DNA of 42,901 nucleotides from a virus (IMGVR_UViG_3300037506_000169:1-42901), one strand, 5' to 3'; numbered from the stretch's first letter, positions 19,242-28,673 are shown. Translations and numbers: made by a program. The notes: generated from the sequence alone by a model not told the origin.

Positions 19242-19502
19242 TCACCCTACGTGAGTCGGCATGCCGTCCGGATCGAACAGCGCGACATTGGCGCCGCTGC
19301 CGCCGAGCCGCGTGCGTAGATTGCGTTGGTATAGGTAGATCGCCGCGGCCTCGGCCAGGTCGGTCGAACCGTCGAGCAGAGTCCAAGGTGCGCGTGTGTG
19401 CATCCGGACCATGACCGTCCAGCGCCCACGCGCCACCTCGATCGGCGGCGGTACGGCAGGCTGCTCGACCGGCCGCGCGAACCGCTCGCGCAGAAACCCC
19501 AT
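19242..19502 (-). CDS. Hypothetical protein
   Basis: MGFLRERFARP... is the protein-like part of the 189-aa ORF and lies in the operon direction. Confidence 0.5.
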   Translation of the reverse strand: MGFLRERFARPVEQPAVPPPIEVARGRWTVMVRMHTRAPWTLLDGSTDLAEAAAIYLYQRNLRTRLGGSGANVALFDPDGMPTHVG

Positions 19503-20130
19503 CGGGATGTCACGCTCGTTGCGGTAGCGACGAGACCCTCCGCCGGCGGACGCAGTACCCGCATCCGATGCTGCGACCGCCGGCGTCGAGCCCAGACGCC
19601 GAAAGGCTCGGTTGGCGTCCTGCCTTTGCACATTCTCACTTCTCTTATCGTTCACTCGCGGCACGCGCCCAGACGAGGGGCGCAATCTGGACCCCGATGC
19701 AGGAGTTGCACCTGCGGACTGGGTCGGGGAAGCGCCGTCTCTCCGGCTGTCACGTCCACCCGCCCACGGTTTGCCGGACTTCGATTCCGGGCCGCCAGCA
19801 GGTTTTGCCATACCCTGACGTTGGGTCCCCTGGTTCTCTGCTGCAGCAGCCAGGAGAGGCTCCCGTTGGGAATTAGACGCAGGCCCCGGGTGCTCCCCAG
19901 CAGCCCGCGAAACGCCCCCTCGTTTGTCGACGAGGGAGCTGACAGTCCATTGCTCTCGTCAGTCCGCGACGTGCGGTCACACGTCGTGACCTGGGCGGCC
20001 CCAGGCGGGCACGCGGGGGTTGGCCCCGCGAAGAAGGTGCTCGACCGGCAGCGCCCAGTAGGGTGACTGGCAGCACGGCAAAGAAGGAGAAGGCCGTGCG
20101 CGCGGGCACGCGGATCGAGCGATGTGCGGT

Positions 20131-20961
20131 TCATGCGCGCCCCTCCATCTTGAGCGCGGTTGGCTCAGGAGCCGGCGCGCCGAACTTGACGCGCGCCAGG
20201 GCGATCGCGGCGCGGTAGGCGAGGCCGTGCGGATTCGTCGCGTGCACTTGCTCGACCTTCACCGCAAACCGATCGAGCGTATCGTGGTAGCATCCGGTGA
20301 CCACCATTACGCCACAATCCTTGTGGCGGAAGATCGTGAGTGGTGCGCCACGCGACCCGATCGGTCCGACGCACAGGATGTCCGCGTCGCTGGCCAACCG
20401 CGCGGATTCAAACACCTGCGCGGAGCCAAACACATGCGCGGAGCCAAACACCCGCGCGTCGCCGAACACTCGCGCAGAGCCGAACACATGCGCGTCGCCG
20501 AACACCTGCGCGTCGCCGAACACCAGCGCGTCGCCGAACACCTGCGCATTGCCAAACACCTGCGCGAAGTCAAGCACCTGCGCTGAGCCGAACACCATCG
20601 CGTAGTTGGACACCTGCGCTTCGCCGAACACCCGCGTTGAGTCATACACCTGCGCTTTGCCGAACACCTGCGCGAAGCCAAACACCATCGCGGAACCAAA
20701 CACCTGCGCTTCGCCGAACACTCGCGCTGAGCCGAACACCTGCGCTTCGCCGAACACCCGCGCGGAGTCGGACACCCATGCATCGTCGTGCTGTGAGAGG
20801 TTCGCTTCCAGCTCGATCCAACCGCCCTTGTCACCGCTCCGTACACCGAACCGTTCGATGGCGCGCAGCGCGCGGATTCGATGCATGGTGCGACCGTGCT
20901 GGGTCGTGAAGTTCTCACCACTGACGAACTCGTACTTGGCGTTCATGCGCGCGTTGTCCAT
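20131..20961 (-). CDS. Hexapeptide-repeat (left-handed beta-helix) phage protein
   Basis: About 21 tandem A(Q/R)VFGx units between the N-terminal HRIRALR..GDKGGWIE and C-terminal GPIGSR..LTIFR..VTGCY domains. Confidence 0.85.
   Translation of the reverse strand: MDNARMNAKYEFVSGENFTTQHGRTMHRIRALRAIERFGVRSGDKGGWIELEANLSQHDDAWVSDSARVFGEAQVFGSARVFGEAQVFGSAMVFGFAQVFGKAQVYDSTRVFGEAQVSNYAMVFGSAQVLDFAQVFGNAQVFGDALVFGDAQVFGDAHVFGSARVFGDARVFGSAHVFGSAQVFESARLASDADILCVGPIGSRGAPLTIFRHKDCGVMVVTGCYHDTLDRFAVKVEQVHATNPHGLAYRAAIALARVKFGAPAPEPTALKMEGRA
20398..20775 (-). repeat. 18-bp tandem repeats encoding the hexapeptide array
   Basis: Recurrent CCGAACACCTGCGC-type units with an 18-bp period. Confidence 0.85.
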
Positions 20962-21017
20962 GGTGCCAGAAGCTTTATAGGTGCGGCATCACACCGTCAA
21001 GGACGGAACGCGGTTTT

Positions 21018-21632
21018 CTATCGGTAGGGTGTCGCGTGGTTGCGCTGGATCGCTGCCGCCATGCTGGGGTCGAGCGGCAGTTGGTTGCCCTTGCACGTCT
21101 TGCGAAACTCCTGGATCCGGCGGTTGTGCTCTTGCGGATCGGTGGTCTGCTTCTTCGCGCTCACCACGTCAGGCGTGACCAGTTCGGTCCAGCGCTCTAG
21201 CAGGATCGGGATGTCCTCGACCTCGCAGCCGATCTCCCACGCGGCCTGTGCGTGCGTCTTGCGATCCGCCACCACCAGCGCGTAGGCCATACGGCACGCC
21301 CGGATCTTATCGGTCTCTGGTCGCCGTTCCTGTGGCGCGGATCGCATCTGGGCTGCGCCAGGGTACGGATCGGCCTCACGTCCCTTCAGCAGGACCCGCT
21401 CGATCTTGTCCTTCGGTTCGCGCAGCAGGGCCGTGAGAGCAGCCGACGCCTCACGGTTGTTGCCAGATCCGTACTTGCAGATCCGCCAAGCCTTCGCAAT
21501 CCGCTCTGGCGTAAATCCCTCCGCCATCAGCTTGTCGGCGAGTTGATCCTGCTTGGTCGGGGCCAGCGCCAGTATCCCACAGTCGTTGAGGGTGTTGATT
21601 AGGCGATCACGGTCGACTGGTTGGTTCATCAT
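21018..21632 (-). CDS. Hypothetical protein downstream of the replication initiator
   Basis: 204-aa ORF coupled to the upstream gene; possible C-terminal helix-turn-helix (THAQAAWEIGCEVEDI). Confidence 0.6.
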   Translation of the reverse strand: MMNQPVDRDRLINTLNDCGILALAPTKQDQLADKLMAEGFTPERIAKAWRICKYGSGNNREASAALTALLREPKDKIERVLLKGREADPYPGAAQMRSAPQERRPETDKIRACRMAYALVVADRKTHAQAAWEIGCEVEDIPILLERWTELVTPDVVSAKKQTTDPQEHNRRIQEFRKTCKGNQLPLDPSMAAAIQRNHATPYR

Positions 21633-22153
21633 GGCTTCAACCTCCTGCTCAGCTTCCCTGTCAGTTTCTGGACTGCTTCTTGGAGAGGGCGACCACCGTC
21701 CTCATCTTCTTTATTCTCTGAGTATGTATCTGCATCTGCATGGGCTGATTCTGCTGACGTAAGCAAGGTCGTGCTTACGGTAAGCGACTTCTGTTTCTCA
21801 CGCCAACGTTTCTGCGCAAGTCGGTTCTGCTCACGGCGTTCGATCTCGTTCCGTAGCTTGTTGTACTTTGCCCACGTTGGCACGAAGTAGAGGAACTGGC
21901 CTTCCTGGATGAGTCGCCGCCCCTCGAAATCTGGTGTCCGGCTCCTGGGGTCAGGCTCGCAGAGCTTTCGCAGCGCGTCTTCCACCTCGGCCAGCGTGCA
22001 GCCGAAGATGGCTGACAACAGGATCGGATTCAGCTCGATGGTGCCAGGTGGCTTCGCGTTGGCGATGACGTAGGTCCAAAGTGCGAATACGTTTAGCCCC
22101 GACCCGACCATCGAGCCGGTGTAGAGTGATTCGAAAATCTTACCGTAGGCCAT
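21629..22153 (-). CDS. Putative phage replication initiator / replisome organiser-like protein
   Basis: YGKIFESLYTGSM...EPDPRSRTPDFEGRRL...WAKY followed by a basic RREQNRLAQKRWRE segment, as in initiator N-termini. Confidence 0.55.
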   Translation of the reverse strand: MAYGKIFESLYTGSMVGSGLNVFALWTYVIANAKPPGTIELNPILLSAIFGCTLAEVEDALRKLCEPDPRSRTPDFEGRRLIQEGQFLYFVPTWAKYNKLRNEIERREQNRLAQKRWREKQKSLTVSTTLLTSAESAHADADTYSENKEDEDGGRPLQEAVQKLTGKLSRRLKP

Positions 22154-22159
22154 CGCCGC

Positions 22160-22348
22160 TTACCGTAAGCGTTCCGTGATCGTCGCGCAAGCCTTCTGCA
22201 TCGGCTCGTTGCAGATTGGGCAGGTCCACGGTCCCTGGTCGCTCCAGATCACGCAGAGCGCGTGATGGTTCCGGCAGTAGACGGAGAAGCCGAGCCGCTC
22301 GTCACGATCCCAGCGGATCAGGCTCGCGTTGCTCGGCTTCTCCGTCAT
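22160..22348 (-). CDS. Small zinc-ribbon protein
   Basis: CRNH...CPIC; in operon orientation. Confidence 0.5.
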   Translation of the reverse strand: MTEKPSNASLIRWDRDERLGFSVYCRNHHALCVIWSDQGPWTCPICNEPMQKACATITERLR

Positions 22349-22352
22349 GCGC

Positions 22353-22865
22353 TCAGAACGGGATCTCGGCGTCCGCGATCGACGGCTGTTCGTTCTCGGG
22401 GATCATGTCGCGGTCGGCGACCGGATCCGGAAGGACCGGTTGCGCACCTCGAGCCTGGACCGCCCGGCCAGTACTCGAGTACGGAACGCGCAGCACGATC
22501 GCGTCGATCAGTTTGCCCTTGGCGTGCACCTGCGACAGCACCAGTTGCACCGGCCGGCCCTTCCACGATCCGCAGTCGTCGCCGTAGCTGGCGATCAGCG
22601 CCTTCCAGCCGGTCTGGTTGACACGGAACTCCTTCTTCTTGCCGACGAAGGTCAGCGTGCGCATGGTCTCGGGGCGACCCGAGAACTGCGAGACCACGCC
22701 GTCGCGGCGCAGCACCTTGTCGATCGTCACGGTCAGGAACTGACCGTAGGAGAGGCCGGCGTCCATCAGGTCACCAGCGTTCAGAAAGCGGCTGTTGCTC
22801 AGCGCCTTCGCCGATCCGGTGTACTCGACCGGTGGCGGCAGTTGGTCACGTTCGTTGTTGTTCAT
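22353..22865 (-). CDS. Putative single-stranded DNA-binding protein
   Basis: FLNAGDL...VTID...FVGKKKEFRVNQT...GSWKGRPVQL core and acidic-aromatic tail DAEIPF; next to the nuclease gene. Confidence 0.65.
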   Translation of the reverse strand: MNNNERDQLPPPVEYTGSAKALSNSRFLNAGDLMDAGLSYGQFLTVTIDKVLRRDGVVSQFSGRPETMRTLTFVGKKKEFRVNQTGWKALIASYGDDCGSWKGRPVQLVLSQVHAKGKLIDAIVLRVPYSSTGRAVQARGAQPVLPDPVADRDMIPENEQPSIADAEIPF

Positions 22866-23742
22866 GTTTTTCTCGTTTCGTTTCGTTGCGTTGCGTTGCG
22901 TCTACGGCTTGCCCCGCCGTGGGGGTTTCCTTGCAAGTCGGATCATAACCGGTGCGCAGCTTCCAGTGCGTCAACAGGCAATCGAACATGGCGAGCCCAC
23001 GGCACAAATCCACGGCGTCGACCGGCAGCACGACCGCCAGGTCATGAGTCCGGCTGACGTAGCCGATCGCGCAGCGGCAGTTCTCGAGCGGGGCGACCCG
23101 GTCGCCGAGCGCCCGGTGGCCGGCCGCTAGTTGTTTCCAGTGTGAATCGTAGACGTCGAGCGCGCCGTTGTTGAGGTCGGCCGGTCCGAAATCCTTGGTC
23201 TTCCAGTCGACGACCCAGGTCTGGCAGTGCAGGTCGACCTTGGTCGCGTAACCGAGCGGCGCGAACGCGATCTGCTCGGTGTGCCACTGCTGATGGCTGC
23301 CGCAGCATTGCTCTAGCGCGGCATGGGCTGCCCGGACCTTGCCGGCGTAGTACTCGTCGACCGTACCGGTCTCGTAGAAGCGCTGCAGGGCCGCGTGGAT
23401 GCGCGTACCCTCGTCGGCCGCCTTGTTAGCCTGCTCTTCGCCGTCACGAAACACGCGTGCCAAGAACACCTCGTCGGCCTCGTCGGGCTGGCGCGGCAGC
23501 GTTAGGGCGGCCAGCACGGCCTGTTTGATCTTCCAGCGCTCGAGCTGCGGTGCGCTCGCTTCACGCAGAATCGTGGTGACGCCAGGGTACCACCCGTGCT
23601 TGCGCGCATGGCGCAGGTCGGGGCGGACCGGCTCGCCCTTGCTGCCGATGATGGTCTCGACCTGCAGTCGCGCGACCGGGTCGTACCAGTGGCCGGCCTC
23701 GCTGCCGTGCTCCGCGTACTGGACCTTGGGATTCCTGGTCAT
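22846..23742 (-). CDS. PD-(D/E)XK exonuclease-like recombination protein
   Basis: HWY, YPGVTTIL, GTRIHAAL, GYATKVDL..VVDWKT, QLAA motifs; likely start MTRNPKVQ. Confidence 0.75.
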   Translation of the reverse strand: MTRNPKVQYAEHGSEAGHWYDPVARLQVETIIGSKGEPVRPDLRHARKHGWYPGVTTILREASAPQLERWKIKQAVLAALTLPRQPDEADEVFLARVFRDGEEQANKAADEGTRIHAALQRFYETGTVDEYYAGKVRAAHAALEQCCGSHQQWHTEQIAFAPLGYATKVDLHCQTWVVDWKTKDFGPADLNNGALDVYDSHWKQLAAGHRALGDRVAPLENCRCAIGYVSRTHDLAVVLPVDAVDLCRGLAMFDCLLTHWKLRTGYDPTCKETPTAGQAVDATQRNETKREKHEQQRT

Positions 23743-23749
23743 GGCGCGA

Positions 23750-23851
23750 TCAACAGCACAGGGCCAGCCATAGCAGGGCAGCGAACATCGCACCTACCCC
23801 GAGCACTTCAATCAGGTAGCGCAGACGGTGGCGGTGAAAATGCGTGCTCAC
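23750..23851 (-). CDS. Small membrane peptide
   Basis: GGAGG RBS then GTG: STHFHRHRLRYLIEVLGVGAMFAALLWLALCC; overlaps the upstream stop. Confidence 0.45.
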   Translation of the reverse strand: MSTHFHRHRLRYLIEVLGVGAMFAALLWLALCC

Positions 23852-24054
23852 AGTCGCACCTCCCGCGCGACGTGCGTCCTGGCGCGCCGCACCCGCTCGC
23901 GCTGTTGGTTGCGTTGTCGCTCCACGTAGGCGTAGTGCTCGCGCGCGACGTCGTCGGCGCACGGTTCGCAGTAGCGGTAGCCAGGCTCGATCTGGCAGCC
24001 GCAGCCGGCACACTCGCCGGGCACATCGAGAGAAAAGGGACTGGTTCGGCTCAT
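23848..24054 (-). CDS. Small zinc-finger protein, first gene of the leftward early operon
   Basis: MSRTSPF..CAGC..CEPC; lies downstream of the predicted promoter. Confidence 0.6.
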   Translation of the reverse strand: MSRTSPFSLDVPGECAGCGCQIEPGYRYCEPCADDVAREHYAYVERQRNQQRERVRRARTHVAREVRL

Positions 24055-24122
24055 GGGTTGGTTTCTTGTAGACTCGACGGCGGCATGGTATAGTCTGCTA
24101 CAGGTATAGTCAAGTAGGCTAC
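24055..24122. promoter_or_regulatory. Divergent promoter/operator region
   Basis: - strand TTGACT-N17-TACCAT (24113-24085); + strand TATAGT boxes; direct repeat GGTATAGTC at 24087-24095 and 24103-24111. Confidence 0.65.
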
Positions 24123-24359
24123 ATGGCAAATCCAAAAAAACTCGCTAGGGTGGTGGGCACAAATCTGCGGCTCTGGCGTACCCGCAGGGGTCTCTCCCAG
24201 CAGGCCGTGGCCAGGCACCTTGGACTGGCCGAGCATTCCGGCTACCAGTCGGTATGCCGGTGGGAAGCGGGCCAGCGCCTCCCAAGCGTGCTGCAGTTGG
24301 TCAGCGCGTGCGAACTGCTTGGTGTCCGACCGACGCAAGTGCTGGAGACCGAATCATGA
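24123..24359 (+). CDS. XRE-family HTH transcriptional regulator
   Basis: NLRLWRTRRGLSQQAVARHLG...SVCRWEAGQRLPS. Confidence 0.9.
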   Translation: MANPKKLARVVGTNLRLWRTRRGLSQQAVARHLGLAEHSGYQSVCRWEAGQRLPSVLQLVSACELLGVRPTQVLETES

Positions 24360-26278
24360 AACTCGTCCGCGTCACTTCTTACGCCACCGTCCCGTTTCGC
24401 GGGGTCGTCACGTGCGGGGTCAGTGACTGGCCCACCACCATGCAGGCCGGCACAGGTCCGGATGGCGTGCTGGTCACGTTCGGGCCGGTCTACGGCGATT
24501 TCCGCGAGTGCGACCTGCGGGTCGATCTGGCTGCCGGCGCATCCGTGGAAGTCGATCTGGACAAGCTGAGTCCGGTCGTGCCGCCGACCCCGACGCTGGG
24601 CCCCGACCTGGCGTTCTGGGGCCGTCCGGTCCTCGAGACGATCGGCACCGACGGGGTGGTGCTGCACCGCGTGCCGCTCAACCCGGTCGGTGGGGACGCG
24701 CGGGGCTTGCGCGTACGTGCTCACTTCGCCGGCCGCGTCACCGCCATGCTGTGGCACGATCTGTGGGTCGATCTCGATCCGGTGAGCCGGCTGGGCCGAT
24801 GGGAATCCTTGCTGACTTGCGCCAACCCTACTGTCGGCAGCCCGACCTTCACCGCGCCCTACACCTACCGGCTCTCCTGGGAGGCTCCGGACCACGTAAC
24901 CCTGCATCAGGCTGGCCCAAAACCGGCCATCCTGATGCGAGCCGGCGACCTGATCGCCCAGGGCCAGACTCGCTGCTGCTACGGCAGCATCGGATGGACC
25001 GGGAGTGACCTGGGCTCGTACCTGGTACTGGCGCAGTCGTCGGTTTGGGCGGCGGACCTCACGCTGAGGTCGCCAACGGGGCAAAAACGGCCGCAGATGG
25101 GCAATTCGTTCGCCCCCATCCCCTGGGCCAACCGGCTCTTCGCGCGAACCCTGGGGCTCCTGGACGGCTCCTACGAGGTCGATTACGAGATCGGCTGGGT
25201 GCCACAATCCGGTAGCACCGGTTCGGTTGAGGACATGGGCTACGCCAAAGGGGGGGAGTCGGTGGTCGAGCCTGGGGCGGTGGCACCGCGCTATCACACC
25301 GCCTTGCGGTGGGGCGCACGGCCATGCCACTGGCTTGAGGCAGACGGGAGCCTGCTGCGCCGCGACCAGCACCCGCAGCTCGTGCTCTACGCTGGCCAGC
25401 CTCACTGGCACCCAGGCGTAAGTCCTGACCGGCTCGGGCTTGAGCGCCTACCGTCCGGGCTGGACACACACGGCTGGAGCGGCCCAGACGCCTCGCACAG
25501 CTCGGCCAACAGCCTGTGGTATGCCGCTGCCGCGACTTGCTCGCCCCTGCTGCACCGGCTCGTCGAGCACCGCGCGCAGAACCTGTTGTTCTCTGAAACC
25601 CTTGACCCGGCCTGGTCAACCACGAGCCCAGGCGAGAGTCGAGCCCTCTACTGGAGCTGCCTCACCTACCTGAACTGCTTGCGGCTGCTACGCGACGAGG
25701 CGCTGAAGCGCCGGCTGCTCACCCATTTGCTGCAGCGTATCGAGCAGGTCTACCTGCCCTGGTACCAGGACACCGGCGGCATCCTCTACACCTACCCGAC
25801 CTCGGACCGCCGTGGTGGAATTAGCCTGGAATACCCCGAATGGATGAGTTGCTGGCAACAGGCCGGTGGTGCGTTCGGACTCTACCTGATTGCGACTTGC
25901 CGTGAGGTGCGGAACGCACGGCCTGACCTTGCGGACCGGCTGCTCGCGGTCGCGCGGCAAGCCGCGTTCTACAGTGTCGACCGTGGTATCACGGACGCTA
26001 CCGCCGACGTACCCGGTGCCACGCCCGGCGGATTCGTCGTGTGGGACACGATCGCGGTGCGCGCGGATCGACAGCCACTGACCGCGGCCGAGATGGTCGA
26101 GGGGCGGGGCGCGCACTACAGCGGGTTTTTCCGCGAAGCGTGGGTTCCGCTGGCCGTTTGGACTGCGGCGCGGGAAGGACACGATCGCGCGCGCCGCATC
26201 TACGGCGCGATGTACGCGGGCGCGGTCAACGGCGCGAAAGACCTGGCGTGGATGCCGGAGCTCACGTGGTCTGACTAG
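24356..26278 (+). CDS. Large hypothetical protein (640 aa)
   Basis: ATG at 24356 overlaps the XRE stop (ATGA). Beta-rich N-terminus and Trp-rich helical C-terminus. Confidence 0.7.
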   Translation: MKLVRVTSYATVPFRGVVTCGVSDWPTTMQAGTGPDGVLVTFGPVYGDFRECDLRVDLAAGASVEVDLDKLSPVVPPTPTLGPDLAFWGRPVLETIGTDGVVLHRVPLNPVGGDARGLRVRAHFAGRVTAMLWHDLWVDLDPVSRLGRWESLLTCANPTVGSPTFTAPYTYRLSWEAPDHVTLHQAGPKPAILMRAGDLIAQGQTRCCYGSIGWTGSDLGSYLVLAQSSVWAADLTLRSPTGQKRPQMGNSFAPIPWANRLFARTLGLLDGSYEVDYEIGWVPQSGSTGSVEDMGYAKGGESVVEPGAVAPRYHTALRWGARPCHWLEADGSLLRRDQHPQLVLYAGQPHWHPGVSPDRLGLERLPSGLDTHGWSGPDASHSSANSLWYAAAATCSPLLHRLVEHRAQNLLFSETLDPAWSTTSPGESRALYWSCLTYLNCLRLLRDEALKRRLLTHLLQRIEQVYLPWYQDTGGILYTYPTSDRRGGISLEYPEWMSCWQQAGGAFGLYLIATCREVRNARPDLADRLLAVARQAAFYSVDRGITDATADVPGATPGGFVVWDTIAVRADRQPLTAAEMVEGRGAHYSGFFREAWVPLAVWTAAREGHDRARRIYGAMYAGAVNGAKDLAWMPELTWSD

Positions 26279-26456
26279 GCGGGTGCGGCTGCCCTTCGAG
26301 TCGTGCGATTGCCAGCTTGATCGCAAGTCGCGCGTTCCGCAGGAACGTGCAGGCGCTCGCGGCCGCCATCCAGTCTTTGCCGCGCACTTGGCGCAGCTCC
26401 TGCTGCACGTCGTCGAGCAGGCGGTCGATTCGCTGCAATTGGTCGTGTGGGCTCAT
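26262..26456 (-). CDS. Hypothetical protein
   Basis: 64-aa helical ORF coupled to the upstream gene. Confidence 0.45.
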   Translation of the reverse strand: MSPHDQLQRIDRLLDDVQQELRQVRGKDWMAAASACTFLRNARLAIKLAIARLEGQPHPPSQTT

Positions 26457-26899
26457 GGTGTGGTGTGGTCAATCTCCGATCCACCCGCCGCCTCTTGCTC
26501 GTCCCGCTCCCACTGTGTTGCGTACGCGTCGGCTGCTCGTTCCTGCTCCAGCAACAGACGGCGCGCTGCGGATTCGGCCGAGGCGGGCGCGTGCTCGATG
26601 ATGTGACCGTCGTGGAATCGGGACGGCCCGTGCTGTTCGAGTTCGATTTGCGCTGCTACCCACTGGCGCGACGACGTGTCGTAGTCGACTACGAGCGCGT
26701 CATCGTCGAGCTCCAGGTCAGACTGCACGTCACGCAATGCGGTCAGTAGATCAAGCAGTGTGGCCCTCACTTCTGGGTCGGGCCAATGCGCGACCGTAGC
26801 GTGATGGGGGATGAAGTCACGGTGCAGATGGTGGATGGTGGCGATGCCGAGCTGGCAGAGTCGATCCGCAAGCGTGCCATGCAGGTGTTCTTTCCTCAT
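26453..26899 (-). CDS. Hypothetical protein
   Basis: 148-aa ORF in the leftward accessory cluster. Confidence 0.55.
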   Translation of the reverse strand: MRKEHLHGTLADRLCQLGIATIHHLHRDFIPHHATVAHWPDPEVRATLLDLLTALRDVQSDLELDDDALVVDYDTSSRQWVAAQIELEQHGPSRFHDGHIIEHAPASAESAARRLLLEQERAADAYATQWERDEQEAAGGSEIDHTTP

Positions 26900-27095
26900 T
26901 GGATTGAGAATCCTCTGAAGGGAGAAAAAGCACCCCGCCCGGGAAAAGACGATGAGCGCGCGGTCCTCCGGGCGGGGCGCAGAGGATGGGCCGCGCGCTG
27001 AAAGTCATCGATCGTACAGTCCTGAGCGATCACCTGTCAACAGTTCCGAGCATCCGCATAAAGGTGTGCGCACGCGGCGCAGTGGTTTCGGTTGT

Positions 27096-27128
27096 GTCAT
27101 CGTCCTTTACCTCCAAGTGAGAGAAAAG
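27096..27128. repeat. 33-bp direct repeat, copy 1 (contains stop, RBS and start)
   Basis: GTCATCGTCCTTTACCTCCAAGTGAGAGAAAAG, identical to 28669-28701. Confidence 0.9.
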
Positions 27129-27313
27129 GGCCACACGTCGACGAATGCGGTACGTCCGCGCAGGTCGTCGGGCAGGATGGCCACGCGACCAGTCGCGGCC
27201 GGCAGCCCGAGTGCTTCGAGAACGAGCCGCGCCCGGGCGCGGCCGCGCAGACTGAAGACAAGCGAATCCCACGCTGCCATCCGGCCGACGTGCGGACCGT
27301 CCGCGACGGTCAA
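27107..27313 (-). CDS. Hypothetical protein or fragment
   Basis: TTG-started 68-aa ORF (AWDSLVFS..LEALGL..PDDLRGR); may be frameshifted from the ATG at 27339. Confidence 0.35.
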   Translation of the reverse strand: MTVADGPHVGRMAAWDSLVFSLRGRARARLVLEALGLPAATGRVAILPDDLRGRTAFVDVWPFSLTWR

Positions 27314-27335
27314 CCGAAGGCGGGATAATCATGTG

Positions 27336-27650
27336 TCATCGTCGCAGAAACACGAACAAGTAGCCGCTGCCGTCATCCGGGCATGACAGGATGCGCACCG
27401 TAGCGCCTTCCTCGTCCGTGCCCCTGATGATGCGGGCGTGAAGTTCCATCGCGGCGGCTTCATGGCAATCGCTGCCACACAATTCGTACGGATAGCCGAT
27501 CGTGAGGCGGAACCCTGGCCGATTGCCATCGCCGACGGACCATGCCTTGATTCGTGCGCCTCTGGTGTTGGTGGGGCCGATGAATCTGGTCCGGATGATC
27601 CGGACCGGCGTAGCTACACTACAGAACTTGGTATCGGTTTTCGTCGTCAT
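27336..27650 (-). CDS. Hypothetical phage protein
   Basis: GAGG RBS; IRTRFIGPTNTRGARIKA motif recalled from phage hypothetical proteins. Confidence 0.65.
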   Translation of the reverse strand: MTTKTDTKFCSVATPVRIIRTRFIGPTNTRGARIKAWSVGDGNRPGFRLTIGYPYELCGSDCHEAAAMELHARIIRGTDEEGATVRILSCPDDGSGYLFVFLRR

Positions 27651-27744
27651 GTCATCCTCTTGCCCTCTTTTTTCGGTCGCACCATCGCGGCCGGCCCCTG
27701 GGCCAGGGGTAGTGTCCCTGATGCGCTCAGGGGGGCGGATCAGG

Positions 27745-28227
27745 TCAGGCTGGCGGGGTGTCCTGGATCGTGGAGCAGCCGCCGCCCGATTGTTCGTTCG
27801 GCTGCTCCGGTGCTGCCGCCTTTTTGGCTGGGCGTGTCGCCAGCCTGGCGCGCTCGAAGTCTTGGCCGGTGTCCAGCAGCAGCGCGATGGCCATAGCGCG
27901 ATCTTCGGAGATGGCGCCCTGCTTCAGGGTGCCGGTTTTGCCCGACCACCATACGATGATGTACTGCCGCTCGCCAGCGGCTTGGACCTCATAGAGTCCT
28001 GTCCCGACCTCTACACATTCGGTCCACGTGCCGCGCCCTCGCTGTCGCGCGCGGAACATCGCGGTCTTGTCTTCGGCCACTGCGGTCAAAAACGACCGAT
28101 CGTAGATGTACTCGGTGTCGGTGCCGGTGATCCTGGCGATGTAGCTATTCCCCGATCGTCGGCCGGAGTAGCCGACATGCTTTTCAACTCGCAGGGTGAT
28201 TGTCTTGTTTTCGTCCATCGTCTTCAT
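27745..28227 (-). CDS. Hypothetical protein
   Basis: 160 aa (YIARITG...GLYEV); coupled to the upstream gene. Confidence 0.6.
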   Translation of the reverse strand: MKTMDENKTITLRVEKHVGYSGRRSGNSYIARITGTDTEYIYDRSFLTAVAEDKTAMFRARQRGRGTWTECVEVGTGLYEVQAAGERQYIIVWWSGKTGTLKQGAISEDRAMAIALLLDTGQDFERARLATRPAKKAAAPEQPNEQSGGGCSTIQDTPPA

Positions 28228-28673
28228 CCTCTAGTTAAATCAATCTCCAGTACCCACCGACCAGTATCTGGATCGCGCGTGTATCGTATCAATCGCTGCG
28301 ATTCGCCGACCCAGTGTCGACCTTGCCTGCGGTCCGTATGCAGCACGTAGCTGTACCAGTCAGTACCGTGCTGATGGTCGGTACGGTAATCGCGGAGGCA
28401 CGCTACGTAGACTCGTGTATGCGGGTTGCGCCATTCGCGGCGCGCGGCCGTCAGCGCGCGCTCAAGCGTACGTCGCGCGCCCGGGCCGTGCATCCGGACA
28501 GTGTACCGTGGTAGCGGTACCGCATGCGCAGCGAGTCCGACGGCGGCGCACAGGTGCTCTGCCGCGCCAGGCAGGTCGAGGTGTACTGCGGCACGCGCGA
28601 TCAGCTCGTCGGCCAGGTGATCCTCTGACCCGTACCCGGCCGCATGCCGGATTTCGTAGTATGTCGTCGTCAT
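28224..28673 (-). CDS. Hypothetical protein
   Basis: 149 aa with a strong GGAGG RBS supplied by the 33-bp repeat. Confidence 0.6.
   Translation of the reverse strand: MTTTYYEIRHAAGYGSEDHLADELIARAAVHLDLPGAAEHLCAAVGLAAHAVPLPRYTVRMHGPGARRTLERALTAARREWRNPHTRVYVACLRDYRTDHQHGTDWYSYVLHTDRRQGRHWVGESQRLIRYTRDPDTGRWVLEIDLTRG

Noticed and set aside
19688-19765. Canonical tRNA gene
   Set aside because: No 5' acceptor strand at the expected distance and no D or anticodon arms; kept only as a tRNA-like fragment.
20398-20775. Second CRISPR array or DGR repeat
   Set aside because: Contiguous 18-bp coding repeats with no spacers.
22846-23742. Cas4 acting as an adaptation module
   Set aside because: No Cas4-type four-cysteine Fe-S pattern is evident. 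It lies beside the SSB-like gene, ~6 kb from the effector, which fits a phage recombination nuclease.
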